A stretch of 60,924 nt of DNA, taken from contig MCFE01000536.1 in the NCBI GenBank assembly GCA_002104905.1, forward strand, positions 1 through 60,924, in the 5' to 3' direction. This DNA comes from Basidiobolus meristosporus CBS 931.73 (taxonomy: Eukaryota > Fungi > Basidiobolomycota). How positions within the stretch are numbered: position 1 is the stretch's first letter; each line of letters begins with the position of its first letter. Shown in pieces: positions 26,277 to 39,952 of this stretch. Position numbers and translations under genes: made by a program. Below the pieces are notes generated by a model. That model made no database searches. It had not been told where the DNA came from and was given only the letters and a program-made list of their open reading frames with translations.

Positions 26277-26661
26277 GGTTTGAAGCGGAAATTTCCAAGT
26301 TAGATGTGTAGCAATGCGGCTGGATTCTCCACCGAAATCGAAGATATATTCAAATTTTTTTACCCTTCGTGTTTCCCCAGTCAAACCGATTTCGGGGTGG
26401 CCTGATGAGCCTCGGATGCTGCGGGTATATCGTGCCTGTTGACTCCACGTGAAGCCATATAGAGCGGCCGTTAATTAGCCATCCTTTTTGGTGAAGGTAG
26501 GGACAGGTGAGTGTTCCACACCACGTTTTGAGGCGGTGGTACAGGGTGGCTGGTGATTTTTTTTTATTGCGAACTGCTTTGGTTGAGGGGCTTCGATGTT
26601 TCCCACTCCGACGAATGGGTGGAGGGTGGTGGTTTATTTGCTACATAAGTTGGTTTGGGCA

Positions 26662-29600
26662 TTATGGAAGGGAGATCAGAAACAGTCTTTTGTTGTTGGC
26701 AAAGAAATCCTCGGAGGCTCTCGTTTGTTTGGAGACGTCTGAGCCGACTGAACCAGTGGTCGTTAGGTAGAGATCGGCGAGTAAAGGATGAAGGTCGTAC
26801 TGTTCAAGCTGAGCGAGTACGGTCTTCAGTTCTGTGTCATTTGCAAGCAGGTTACTAAATGCTAGTGCTCGAAGCCAGTGGTGAATGTGTGGTGTGTACC
26901 TGAGAGGAGGTCTTCCTCTGGTGAGACCTGTTTAGCTAAAAGGATAAGTGTAGCTATCCTGTACACTTCCAAGAATATTGATGCATGGCCAGTGAATCCA
27001 GACGGACCGAAATTCCTTGTCTTTGAAAGAAACAGGTTAGCCAGCTGGAACTTTCTTACGACCTGAGCCGGTGGTTTACCTGCTCCTTGGCTCTTTCTAA
27101 GCTGCCGATTAGCCGGCTCAGTTTGGCGACTGCCTGGCTTCCTTGATGGAGAATGAGGCCCCTTAGAGTGGGAGGAATGCCTTCCTGCTCTTTCAGTTTT
27201 GATACTGTTTCCTGGAGTACCTGGTATACCAGCTGGGTTTCAATCAGGTCCTCCTTGTAGATGTTCGGTCTTTCGGTGACGAAGAGCGTTTGGTTAGGGC
27301 TTAATTCCTCTGCTATGATGGTGTCTATCGGGAAAATCACAACAGATTGGTTTCATAACCTTGGGTGAAAATGCTCAGTTGATTGCGCTTACCAAATGGC
27401 TTTCCTCCGTTCAGAATCTCCAAATAGGCCATCATTAGTTGAGCTGAGGTAGGTTCAAGCTCAGCCGCGTTTCGAACGCATATTTCTGCAGCTCGCTCCG
27501 AATTCAAGGATGTCCATCCTCCTCCGATCTTTGACACGAGTTCGGCGCTTTCTTGGCGGATATCAATATCGTCATCTTGCAACAATCGGATAAGCACGCA
27601 ATAGATGTCGATCAGGATCGCGTTCTCTGCTTTGTCTTGGTTGCTTGTCCCACGCGCCTCCAGGGATTTCTCAAAGTACTGGATGGAGGCGAGGGCCGCT
27701 TCACGCAAAGATACCGACATGGATTCGTCGCTGTACCGGCCGACGTAGTCCGACCAGATTTTCGAGAACTCCATGACCTCTGTCCTCTCAAGTTCGTATT
27801 CGTCCTGATGAAGCCACATGTAGTTCACTAACGACCCAAGCAATGGTAGTGTGTACTCCACCACAGTTAATGATCGAGTGTTGCTCATCATGTCCATCAG
27901 GTGATTCCAAAATTCGCGGACATTGAAGCTGATGTCCTTGTTGCTGTGCGCTTGGATAATGACGGGGATGAAGTTGCTGTGTGAAAGCAGCTTGGTCTCA
28001 ATCTTGAAGCACTCGAGGTTTGCTTCACCGGCAAAGATCAGTTGAGCAAGTCTCAGCCACAAACGGGCCTTGGAAAGTCGGTATTCTTCCGAGCTCTTGG
28101 AGCCCTCGAGAGCTCGAGCAAGTGCTTGAAGAGTAGACAGCCGCACTTCGTAGTCCGAATCATTCAGCAATGTTGCGATGATGCCGTCCACATCCATTTC
28201 CGCATAATCCAAACCATGCACGATGGCTTGCATAGTGATGATCTTGGAGGCATGCTTGAGAACCAGATATCTACCGACATCGACGACTTCGCTGTCGACC
28301 CGGCGAGCGAACACATCCTCCAGGGCATATTGGAGTACATTCTTTCGAAGATCTGAAAACTCTTCTTCGGCCATGGCGACCAACTCCACCTGGCCTTGAT
28401 CCGTGTTGTCGCTTTGGATCCAAACAGGCTCGAACACGAATTCCGATATGATGTCGTAGAAGACCGCTCGAGTGATGCTGCACTTGTTGTCGCCGAGCAG
28501 CAGCTTCACCTTAGACCGGAACAGCTCGGCCACACAGGTGATCACGTTGCGGCGCACTTCGTGGTTCGCCACATGGTATAAGTGTCCTCGGAGGAGAAAC
28601 AGAAGCTGGACCAAACGCCCGTGAAGTTTGTTCTGTGACTGAATGTCTATATCTTCCCACAAGTGCACGATGGTTTTGACGAGGTCATTGGAAACTACCA
28701 AGGGGACAAGCGCACGCGCCGCCATCTCCCGTGTTTTGTAGATACACCCTCCTGCACATTCAAGAACCGCAGGAACGAAGCTCGACATCGTCAAGGCCGA
28801 ATCCTGCCCATCCATAACAGAGGGTTGTAGTCGCGAGAGTAATGTCAGGACTGGATACAGGCCAGGATGAACAGCAGAGGCGCTGAGGCCCTTCGACTTA
28901 AACATTTGCTCCACAGAGTATTTCAATTCCTTTAGTAAGAAAGGATGAAGCTTGGGGAACCGGGAGAAGAACTCCTTTCCGGTCAAGGTGTTCATGGAGT
29001 GGTGCTCGTCTTTGGTTTTCTTGGTTCCGAACGTTCTTTGTAACAGCGTGGAGAAGAGCATTACAGAACAGTTGCGGATCGCCCAACAGTCCGAGGAGAA
29101 CCCAGAGATAGCCAGCATGAAACCCTCCTCGACATAAGGCAGTGCGTTGGCGCCTTGCTTGGCATCCGAGAACATCGTCCTTAGAATGTTGAATGCGTGC
29201 ACCTGAGGCAAATCATTGTTCAGATTGGCCTCTGCTGCTGGTGGTTCGCGGGCAATCTTGAACACCTCTCTCATGGTGTAGTTCAAGAGATGAGTGCTGT
29301 CAGCTGGTTCACTGCTGACAATAGCCAAAATACACAAGGGGATTCCCGCACTTCGGCGCGTCACCGAGACCGAGTTGGAGAAGATGTTCTTGAGATTCTC
29401 GTTGAGCCACGATTTGGGTACAGCTGAATGCTTGGAATCTGGGGCAGTCAGTAGTCTTGAGCAAACAGCAATGTAGCCTGGATACACGGCAGAGAAGGCT
29501 CCGCGATGTCGAATGGAGGTTAGCAGACTTCGAAGCAAGTCGCCACCTTGGATGACTTGTTCATATTCCATGATGGCAGGAAGATTGCTGTTTCCGTCAT

Positions 29601-32600
29601 CCAAGGGAACTCGAGAAAAGAGTACGCTCAGTAACGTGCTCGCTTCTTTAACGGCTCTCCACGAGTAGCTTAAGATCACCTGGCGTTTGGGACCAATGCT
29701 TTCGTCGTCCAGTGGGAGCTCATCCTCATTTACGCTTTCCATCTCCTGGAGAGACACGGGTGTGTTGTTTTCGGTTGAAGGGTTCGATAACACATCGAAG
29801 ACGGTGAAGCAGACAGAATTGACCAAGTTTAGCGTACGTGAATGGACCTGTCGCCAAGTCTCCGCGTTGTCTTTGATCTCCGGGGAGGAATAGTTGATGT
29901 CCTGGAAGATGTACATCAAAGCCATGAGAGTTCCATGAACTGGGTAGTTCTGCGCGGCATGAAGTAGATTCTGAGAGGCGGAGCGCAGCTGCTTTTCCAA
30001 CAGATTCAATAGTTTGATGGTGAAGTCAATCGAAGGAACACCGGTGAGATTTGAATACTCGGGCTGCTGTTCTTCAACTTCCAGGCAGAACCCGAGCTTC
30101 TCAACATACTTGGAAAATATCAGTCTAAAGACTGTTGCGCCACTGTTGCTCTGATTTGCACGATTGCTAGTCATGGCCTCGAAGCCCCACCAAAGGAGCT
30201 TTTGTACATGCTCGGTTGTTTCTATTCCCGGGAGAGGTGAAGGAAACAGGAACAGGATCTTTCTGACCATCTCTCGGTTGGCTTCAAATGGATTCATCAG
30301 TGCTTCCACCAGGATCTTACTGTTTCTTACAGTAGCGAGGGGGAGGCGGAAGGGGAGGCCAAGAGAATCCGAGTGTTCTTGGACAGATCCATTCGGTAAG
30401 GGAGCGTCGTCGATACCGAAGTACTTGATGAGGAGCTCAAAAAGTTTCAACGCGCTAGAGACACGCTGGAAAGATGCGCCGGGATACAGTGAGGCCATGG
30501 AAAGATCGCATAGCCAGACCAGCAACTCCTTGAGGTGGTTGATCTTCTCCGACAAAGAATCCAACTCCGTTTGCAGCGCGGGGTTCCCGGGTTTCTTCTG
30601 AAGCAACTTCTGCTTGGATTGAGATGTTCTCCACAGGCTGTAGAGATTTCCGCGAACTCGAATGAAAAACTTGGTTAGGTGGCCGTAGAGCTTCTGTCGA
30701 AATTCAGGAGAGGTGTGGTTCATATTGAGGGTGAGGAATTCCTGCAGCAAGTCGATCTCGTTCTTGGTAACCTCGGCGGTAACTTTCTGTGCCTGGCAAA
30801 GGAGCCCAAGCACATCGATTCTCAAATACAGGTCGCCGTGGTGAATAGCCTCAAGCAATATGTCAACACTGAGCTTTCTCTCGCTGGTTCTGGTAGGCCC
30901 GATGCGGAAGGAATGACCATCAATCAAATCCAAGGACTTCCCTGCCTTGATGACCGAAATCATTGCGTTCATGCAGAACTGAGGACATACCACGAATTCA
31001 GGATCCATTCCTTGCAGACCCTCGACAGCCAGCCAGAATGAGTCGGGGTGTGCCTTGAAAACCTTGTCCAACAGATAGTGCCCGACGTTCTTACGTAGAA
31101 GATCATTGTCGGAGGAGAGTGCTTGACATATAGGAGCAAGCCAGAGCTTGATATCATTGTCATTGATGGATACCTCTCTCTTGCGCTGCTCAATAAACGC
31201 AATAATAAGATGAGAGGCCCTTGGCGACAAAACCTGGTTGTGGAACACGAGAAGAGCCTTCGAGATCAAACTGGGGCATATTTCCAACAGCAGGGATGTC
31301 CCGACTTGGGGAAGCAAGGTTGACAAAAGGGCATATTTCACTTTGCGATACCAGTCCATCTCCATCAGTCGCTTGACAAGGTCGCTCAGGAATTGCGCGT
31401 GCCTCTCCGGCGAGTCTTGGGATTTGTTGTTGAGCTCACTTACCTTCAGGACGGTCTCGAAAAGATCCTTGACCTTTTGCTGCACAAGGTCGACCGGATC
31501 GTCCCAATTGTTCCAAACGTACGACAAGATATGTTGCTGGGTCTCATTTGCAAGAAGCTCATGCATATATTGAATGGTGCTTTGGAACAAAGCTCCATCT
31601 TTATAAATCGCCTTTGCAGTTTCGAACCACATGGTCAGGGTCTCAAATGCAAGCGCCTTCATATGGGATTCTAGGGAAGTGTCGCAAAACCCAATCAACT
31701 TCTGGAACATAATGCTATGGAGACAGTAATCATGCAACTGCAAAGAGCTAGCGTACGCATTTGGGTCGACCGACGAGGTTAGAGGTGCTGCACATTGGGT
31801 ACGGTGGTGAGGAGGCTTACCTATTTGAATGGATTCCAGCCACTAGTGTTGAAATACGTAGATTGGCCAAGAACCCTCTGTAGATTATAAGCTCCGTGAA
31901 GTCGCTGTGAGATTTCTCATTCAACATGTCAAAGTAGCCTTTGAAGTGGACATTCTTTAGGAGGGGCTCGTTGTGTTTATTTCCAGAGAACAGCTTAAAG
32001 ATCAAGGAGGCTACGCGTTCGGGAGAATCGACTAGATCCAACAGCGAGGCCAACGCCATAGCAGCAAGTGGGCCAAATTCTCTCGTGTATTTATCTGAGG
32101 TGCACATGGTGATGCAAGAGTTCACTGTATTCTCGTACACATTCACCGTCTTCTTTTGCTCTTCCTCGAGTTCTTCCTGGTTCAGGGTCGAAAACAATGT
32201 ACGGAAGAATGGGTCGTGACGAGACAGGAGCCCTAAGATCGTCTTAAGTAGGCTGTTGCAATCAACCACTTTATCCGAAAGAGCCAACACTTGGGTATCA
32301 CTGAACGAGGTTCTCTCGATCTCCGACAACGTTTCTCTCAGACAATCGCTCAAGTAGTAGAAGGTTGCTTCTAGATTCTCGCCAACAACTTTGGCGCCGA
32401 GTGGGAAATCCATGATGGCGTATATCGTATTCGCTTTGTTTGCATAGGATTGTTGATAGTATCTATCTCCCTCAATGTATCTCAGGTACTGTTGGCTGAA
32501 CAGCTCGTCCACATAGTCCTTCCTACTGAGGCCTCTACAAGCCTCGATTGTGGGGACACAATGTCGTTGAGAAATCACTTCCGTGGAGGAAAAATAAAGC

Positions 32601-32959
32601 TGCATGAAGATAGTGACAATTGGGCTATCGATTTGAGCAGCTATCTGCTCAGCATCGTAGTTTTTCAAAGTGGCTTTTGACAATTGTTTCTCTAGAAACG
32701 AAAAGTCCTATTAATTAATGACGAATGTCGCTGAGCATAACAAGTGGCCCATACCTATATTCTTGAGCGCTTGTAACTGCTCTTCCCAAGTGGCCTGCTC
32801 TGCCTCCAAGAATTGAATAAGGGATTTGGTAGCAGGAAGGAAGTTTTCTTCCGGAACTTGGTCAACGGCCTGTTTGGCAAGAGTCAACCATTGCTTCTCT
32901 ATACAAATGGGTTGTCTTTTCCCTTTCAAGTGAAGTCTATTTTTATCTAGAAGACCCAT
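26662..32959 (-). CDS. TRM732: THADA / Trm732 armadillo-repeat protein (tRNA Nm32 methyltransferase partner), multi-exon
   Basis: DUF2428 motifs SIRHRGAF, TRRSAGIP, VHAFNILR and WAIRNCSVMLF; LYPGASFQR; terminal exons spliced to ...DLHPLL...*. The frame stays open about 70 nt upstream of 32959, so the true start may lie further 5'. Confidence 0.9.
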
Positions 32960-33233
32960 GGAGAATAAAGAGTTCCACTTGTAACAGAGTTCGTCCTCGT
33001 AGAACCTCCCACCACGGCCGCGAGCTTTTACCTACATCGAATGGATTTTTTTTCTTCCCAATTGACCTTTAACCTTGTCAAATCATTGACTAAATTCCCG
33101 CTTAATAGTGTTGATATACATCTCCATTTAATTCCACAATACCAAGAGCAGTCCCACAAATTCTTTTTTTTTCCAAAAAGTTCCCGACGCATATACTCTC
33201 ACAACTTTACGAGCCGTTCTTCTCTATCGAGGC

Positions 33234-34913
33234 ATGACCAAAAAACACAAGGCAGCAGAGGAGGAGCCCGTTCCACCCCCACCCGACAAGCCCGGGCAAT
33301 GCCACTTCTGGGTCAAGCGAAAGAGAAGATATTGCCACTTGCGTGCCAAAGAAACCAACCAGTACTGTGGCGAGCACCTTGTACATCAGGACAATCTGGC
33401 ACAGAAGCGCGTTCCTTGCCCTTACGACCCTTCACAGTATGTATATCCAAGGCAACACAGCCTGAAACTTATAACAAGTGGATTTACTCGAGTCTCTATT
33501 TAGCTCTGTGTATGAAAGCGAGTTGGAAAAGCACATGCAATCTAGATGCAACTCACGACCACCCCCACCTCCTGTTTACTTCAGCGAAAACATCAACGTC
33601 GTTCTTCCAGCCTCGGAAGAGGAGAAGCCCAAAACCACGCTCTCTTCTTTGGATAAAGATAGACTGCAAAGCCTGATCGAGAAAATCCGAAAGATTCATG
33701 CGGAACAACTACCAGAGCTCCCAAAGGAGGTTCTACACCACGAGGCATTAGAGGATAGACTGTAAGTCCCAGTGTTCTCGATTTGCCAATCCTGCAAGTG
33801 ACTCAGATTTTCCTCTTTTTCCAGCGAGGTGGTGACCACTGGCAGAAAGCATGCAATCCAACAAGTATGTCCACCAGCAAGTGTTTTCGGAGCTTGCAAA
33901 TTGCTGATAAGTGTATCAATGATTAGGCCTCGTTACTTGGACACATGAAGAGGAGGGATTTACTCACCACTGATGCCTGCTTTATAGAGTTTGGAGCGGG
34001 CAGGGGTAACACGCCAAGGCTGACATTTGTTCCCAGCTGATATCTAACATCCAGCCTGATAGGTGAGCTATCAAGTTATCTTCAGAAGGCGATCGACGGC
34101 GGATCCCAGGGTACGTACATTCTAGTGGACCGCAAGAAGTCCCGAGGAAAGGTAAGCAGCAGTGCGAGGGAGGATAGAACGTGAAGTCTAGCGTAGAGCT
34201 AACCTGGATGCTAGTTTGATGGATCCATTAGAGGTGGGGAAACCAAAGCGACTGTAGAAAGAATCTGGATGGACATCAAGGACCTCAACCTATCCCGTGT
34301 GGCAGCCATCAAGGGCAAACCCGTGGTGGCACTGTCGAAGCATTTGTGCGGTGCGGCCACCGATTTGACTCTAAAATGCTTGAGCAACTATGTCGAAGGC
34401 CAAAAAGAGAATGGCATCCTCGGCATAGTCATCGCGTTGTGCTGCCATCAAGTGTGCCGCTACAACATGTACCCAAATCAAGAGTACTTGACAGAAATTG
34501 GTTTGGATGACGAGGATTTCCGATTTTTGACCATGATGAGCAGTTGGGCCATCTGCGGGCAAAGACCCAAGCAGGGTGAGGAGCCCGACGAGCACTCGAC
34601 AAAATCCCTTGATACCGAGGAGACACAGAATGAGTGAGTGGTTTTTCCCGTATCCCAATGACATCCATACTCACGCGTTACCTCGCATTTTCTTCGAAGC
34701 CAAACCCACTACTCTGGACTCCCCCACGAGGAGCGAGAAATAATAGGTAGACAGTGCAAACGAATCCTGGACATGGGGAGAGTCAAGTACCTGGAGCGCC
34801 TCGGATTTGATGCGCAACTAGTGTACTATGTGGACAGAGAGATTTCTTTGGAGAACTTGGCCCTGATCGCTGTCCCGAAGAAATCTACCCTTGAATCAAA
34901 ACCTGAATGTTAA
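33234..34913 (+). CDS. TRM13: tRNA:Nm4 2'-O-methyltransferase Trm13, multi-exon
   Basis: N-terminal CCCH (CHFWVKRKRRYC...YCGEH) and CHHC zinc motifs (RVPCPYDPS), IEFGAGRG, SKHLCGAATDL, IALCCH and SLENLALIA. Confidence 0.92.
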
Positions 34914-36433
34914 TGCCGTCAATAAAGCCCAATAGATGATTTGTCCTCTCACCAACCCAACTGACCGCCGAGGTTACCAAGTATTAGTCATCTTACGCCA
35001 GCACTTCTGTTAGCTGCTGCGCTCGGGGTGTCATTACCATGCTCAATTTCTGGTTGGGAAGTCATCTGTGTTCGGGGGGGATATGCCACCCTATTATTAA
35101 CTCGTTAATAAATTGAGAAATCCAGAGAAAACCTGCATTGAGCATCAGTAGTGTTGAGGCAGGAAGCAACCTGTTCTCTCCCGTTAGATCGATGCAATGC
35201 TCCAATAACAGAAAATCCTCTACTCCTAAAGCCCACCGCTACCACCCCGACGGATGTTGCCGAACACGCCTTTGGGTCTCGTCACGTTCGATGATCCGGG
35301 GATCGATGAAAGCATCAAGACAAGGCTAATGGCTTCGTACCTTGCACGCCAGTTCTCAGGGTCTTAATTATCAGAGACAATAAATCCTTATCTGATAGAT
35401 GTTTAAGGAATACGGTCTGAGAGGCTGCACTATATTCCTTTGTCTTATCCTTCGGTTCGCATGGACTGAAATCTTTGGATTACATATATTGATTGCTTCG
35501 ACTGAGTCCCACTCCTGCTACTACAGGTATGCGTCTAGGGGACCCTCCCCAGAGAGTAGAGTGCTCAGCATCAATCCAATTCTGCCGGACCATGGCAACG
35601 GGGCGCTATACACTTCGTACACCGTCTACGCATCCCCGCCAGCGGTCCCCTCGCGGCCGGTGCTTTGGCAAACTTGCAAGATTTGATAGGTTGCCACAAC
35701 ACGCGACACCACTACTGGTTTCAAACCACCCCATGAATCCTCATTGCCTGATCGGGAAGTAGGCTGATCCCACGCTCACTTCACAGGATCCATCCTAAAG
35801 CAGCCAGCCTGTAGATATCTCAGCAATTCCAATGGATGCCAACGAATCCCCCTGTGCGTGGGCATTTACTGAAGTGAATACGATCGAATGCACGAATGTT
35901 GCTAATCTGAATCCAGTATAATTGGCTGGTGCATCACAACCATGCATGTTGCACTGCAGCCTGAGCCACTACGATTCAGTTCAAATGGGAATGTTCGCTG
36001 ATCAAATCCCATTCCGTATGCACTTGGCCTGTGGCGCATTCCGAAGAACTCGCACTCTCACCCATCTGCCTGCCAAAGCCACACCAACTGCGGAGCGTGC
36101 AGCCTGCTTCAACGAGGAAGAGGTAAACCGCCTCTGCTTCGACAGAGTCGCTGACCTTACATGCCACCAATCGCGCTCGCCCCTCCGGCCAGTGAGGGTT
36201 CTTGGCCCGTAGCTAGCACATCCATATACGTGTGGGGTAGGAAAGCGAGAATTTCTTTATTTACAAAATCCTTAGTGTTCTCTTTAGATATGCGGCGCTA
36301 GAAATAATAAGCAAGGTAGGATATGAATAAAGAGGCTCAAGAATCAATCTGAGAACATGTTCGTGGGAAACAGTTATAGAGAGATGAGGCGGTGGGGATA
36401 GATAGGATGGCCAGACCGGCGGTCGGGGTGGAT

Positions 36434-37180
36434 TCATGGGTTTTTGCTCTTCCCGCGCAAGCTCAGGCGACCAAGGATCTTCTTCATCTTGGAACTCTGG
36501 AGGGAATTCCCTGGTTTGGGTGAAAGCCGGCTTAAAAGACTGGACTTCCGCTTGCGTGTTTCGCTGTGGTTGGCCTGATGAGGTGGGCTGCTCTTCTCAA
36601 GCGGCACAAAGAGCTCGCTTAGTGGGTTGTGGATCGGCCCCTTGGTGGATTCGATAATTCCATTGAAATCCTCGGCTGCGGCCTCCGGCTTGACGGTAGG
36701 GATTACCTCTTCGGTATCCTCCGTCCTCGACTCGATGGCCAGGGAAGGCTTGGACCGGCTGGCACGGGAGTTTGATCTGGCAACCAACTCTCGAACCAAC
36801 CAACCAATCTCTTTCACCAGCTTGTAGCCGCGCACGAATTCCTGATACACGAAGTGGAGAGCGAAGACATCCACCAGGTAAATCAGGAATTGGTGCGGTA
36901 TCCAGATCATCGTCAACAAGCAGTCCACATCAGTCTCCGACGTTGTCATCGAATGTTGCTTGGGGTGGGTGACCGTGCTGTGCTCCGACCCGCGCATCTT
37001 TCCAATATTCCTTACACTAAGAAGAAACAACAAGTCGAAAAGTCTGTAGAATCTCTGGACGGTGGGTATCCCGAAGAAGGTCGCCAAGGTCGTTTGGATC
37101 AGTAGAATGGCTGACACCCAGCACATCGTCAGCCCGTTGACCAGCCATGCTATCCCACCAGAGACAATAGAAAGTACCAT
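36434..37180 (-). CDS. Hypothetical membrane-associated protein with a basic low-complexity C-terminus
   Basis: ORF of about 250 codons with hydrophobic N-terminal segments and a Ser/Lys-rich tail; no recognised domain. Confidence 0.55.
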   Translation of the reverse strand: MVLSIVSGGIAWLVNGLTMCWVSAILLIQTTLATFFGIPTVQRFYRLFDLLFLLSVRNIGKMRGSEHSTVTHPKQHSMTTSETDVDCLLTMIWIPHQFLIYLVDVFALHFVYQEFVRGYKLVKEIGWLVRELVARSNSRASRSKPSLAIESRTEDTEEVIPTVKPEAAAEDFNGIIESTKGPIHNPLSELFVPLEKSSPPHQANHSETRKRKSSLLSRLSPKPGNSLQSSKMKKILGRLSLRGKSKNP

Positions 37181-37224
37181 CTTCACCAAGACAGAGGAGA
37201 GGAAAGAGAGCGATGGGTATCAGG

Positions 37225-37282
37225 TGGGAGATGGGAAATGGGAAGGGAAAGGAATGGAATGGAGAGGAGTGGAGTGGAGTGG
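37225..37282. repeat. Purine-rich GGAAT/GGAGT pentamer-like simple repeat (pyrimidine tract on the minus strand, upstream of the 36434-37180 gene)
   Basis: gggaaatgggaagggaaaggaatggaatggagaggagtggagtggagtgga. Confidence 0.7.
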
Positions 37283-38702
37283 ACAGCGGTATAAAATCTG
37301 GTTGTCGAAAGATACTATCTCAAGGCAGCCCAGGTGCTCACGTTGGTCCTGTACCCACTATTTATTCCCGTCTGGGGATTCACGAGAACGGACCACTCAA
37401 ATCGCTGCCACTCCTTTTCCCTCACCCGCGTCCACAGTAATCCCTGCAATCTGGAAACAAGCCTGTATCCGTAGAGTCCAGGACCAGTTGCGCCTATGAG
37501 GACTGTACCATCCCTCAGAATGAATATGAGCCAGCCCCTTAATTTGCCTGGGATCCCCTTGAAGCTGAGTTGCTGCATGTCTCGTCTGCCGGGTAATTAC
37601 ACGAGTTTCTAGCTGGAAAGAGGTGTGCGTGTGTGGGGAAAGGGGAATTGGCCTCATCGGCGCGTTCGATTCCATCCCAAGAATCCGAATGGCGCTGTCA
37701 GGCGGTGCATCGGACCCTTCACGGGATGGCCGAAGGGACGGGAGTGGACAGGAGTGCATGGAATCCCATGGCTGGATGGATGCTATAAAAGCCTACGTGG
37801 GGTGGGATTGGCGAACCGCACGGCGGCTCTTGTGATCTCTTCGGCGTGCCTATACCGTTTGGGTTGTGCAAAGTGGACGCGATTGACAATCTATCCAGGG
37901 GTGTACATCGACCATCGCCATTCTGCCATGAACCCATCGGGGGTGTTTCAGTGGGGGGATATTCATTCGTGTGAGCGATTTGTCGAACTTCGGACGTATA
38001 CTACAATGTATGGAAATCGGCTCGGTTCTTCGTTTCACCAGTTTTATGGGGTCGCCTAATGGCTCATCAGTACGGGAGTCGCCAGTTGCCGTTTTTGCAA
38101 TGGCCTCGTCGGCCGCAACGATCAGCCAGCAATTACTCTGCCCAGAGATTTCAGGCCGCTCCTTAGCTGGACACTACCGTTTTGCCGACTTTTCTAGGTT
38201 CAGGCGCCAGAAAAGTGAGGCGTGCCCTACAGACGATCCATCAACGCCCAGCTTCACCAACGAGAGGTCACTCACCTCACTGGGGCCAACCATCCCAGCA
38301 GCTTTGAAGATGAAGGGATTAGGGCGAGTATACTGGGCAGCAGGTGAATCCGTGGTTCTGCATGATCTGCATCTCAAACGTCGAATATGGTTGCTCGAAT
38401 CCTGTTTCAATGATCAGCCGATGGTAATTAGTCTCACACCGTCCATATGAGTAGAATTGTTGGCATATTGGTATTAATGAATGGACACTACATCACTTCA
38501 ACGAGCCCACCAGTCCCACGTGAATGGTTACGGTGTGCCATCAGGAAATGGGCCGGGCATTCTATGGCTTTTCAATGAATTCCACATTGCACAGACCCCG
38601 ATAGGAGTGAAATTGGCTGGGAAATCTGTGGGGAGTGACACGATTTTCTTGCGTCAGAATCCGGGTTTTGTCAGTCAACCGCACATCAAGAGTTGATTAG
38701 AG

Positions 38703-39090
38703 AAACTTTGCACACATGTTCTTGGGACCTTCCTAAACATAATCTACGTTTTCGCTTTGCCAAGATCAAATAAAAGCACAAACACCACCTGTACATTCAA
38801 TATATCATTAAGTGAAAATCGCAGAATCTATTGGTTCTCCCAATCATCTCCAATATCTGCAAAACTCTTGCAAGTATAAGATATACAATAATATCTCAAT
38901 ATATGGGCATCAGTATTTATATAAAGAATAACTGGTACAAGTCACCTAAACTATTTTGATCAGGATCCAAAGAGTGCAAAATGTTGTAAATTTCATAATT
39001 ACACCCAAATATTCCCCTAGCTTAGTTACTTGGATCATTACCTACAAATCTTTGAGAATTCTGACCAAATTACTTCTGGGGATTTACTTC
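38703..39090 (+). mobile_element. Two truncated copia-type LTR fragments (3' half about 38703-38873; 5' part 38982 to about 39090)
   Basis: Similar to the LTR at 58341-58689 (aaactttgcacacatgttcttgggaccttcc; TGTTGTAA start at 38982). Confidence 0.7.
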
Positions 39091-39229
39091 AGCAGGCAGA
39101 ATGAATATATTGCTTAAGTACCACAAAGTATTTTGTGGATATTCAATAGGTATTCATGGCAAAAGTGGCAGCAACCAAGCATATATTTGCAAGATGCATA
39201 TGTACCAGCAATGCAAGGTATATGGCAGC

Positions 39230-39831
39230 ATTGCAAGTATCACAGTGAAAAGCTATAAAGTTCAGGTGATAGAGATGTGTTAATTGCAGTGGGTGTGCAC
39301 ATATGCAGAGGTTAGTAAACAGGAGACTGTGGTTTTCTTTTTATTTAAGCTACATATAGAGTACCCATGGTAGTAGTGGGTAAGCAAATAAATAGGCATG
39401 GCACTAAAGTGGAATGTATTAATGGTGCAAGGCAAGGTAGAAAATAAAATCTTTTTGGTAGATTGGTACAGTAGCATTATACAGGATTAGCAGTAGGCCA
39501 CCATACTACCATGTTAATGTCAACAGAGGTTTGCATAATGGCTATCAAAACACTGTCAAGTTTTTTGCCATATAAGGCAGTTGTACTTATTGGCCAGTTA
39601 GTTCCACTCAAATAAATGTAGACTGCATTAAGACTATCTATATGCCAAGCAAGCCCTGCAACTAGACCATTGAAACAACATCAAGTTTATTACTTTATTT
39701 GGCAGTAGAAACAGCAAATAGCCATCATGATCCCACTATAAGATTGTAAAGAGGGTCAAGAATTCCAAGCAGCTGGCATTATAACAGCCTCATCATGGGA
39801 TCCTGACAGCTGATCTAAATTGGATCCACCC
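39230..39831. repeat. Unclassified dispersed repeat, copy 1 (diverged inverted copy at 56785-57340)
   Basis: Anchors ttgcaagtatcacagtgaaaagct and taaagagggtcaagaattccaagcagctggcatt match the reverse complement of 57308-57340 and 56785-56870. Confidence 0.8.
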
Positions 39832-39952
39832 AAGGGACCAAAATATTTTTCATAGGGTTATTAGTATTTGATTTTCTTAATTCCTCATGCAGGAGCCTTC
39901 CAGTTTAGAAGTTTCAAGTCCAATCTTAAGTTCTGGACTCTTGGGAAAATAC

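Noticed and set aside
35000-36300. Several 60-96-aa ORFs between TRM13 and the 36434 gene
   Set aside because: No consistent exon chain or motif on either strand.
37655-37680. GTTCGATTCC B-box-like motif suggesting a tRNA
   Set aside because: No acceptor stem, D-arm or cloverleaf can be folded around it.
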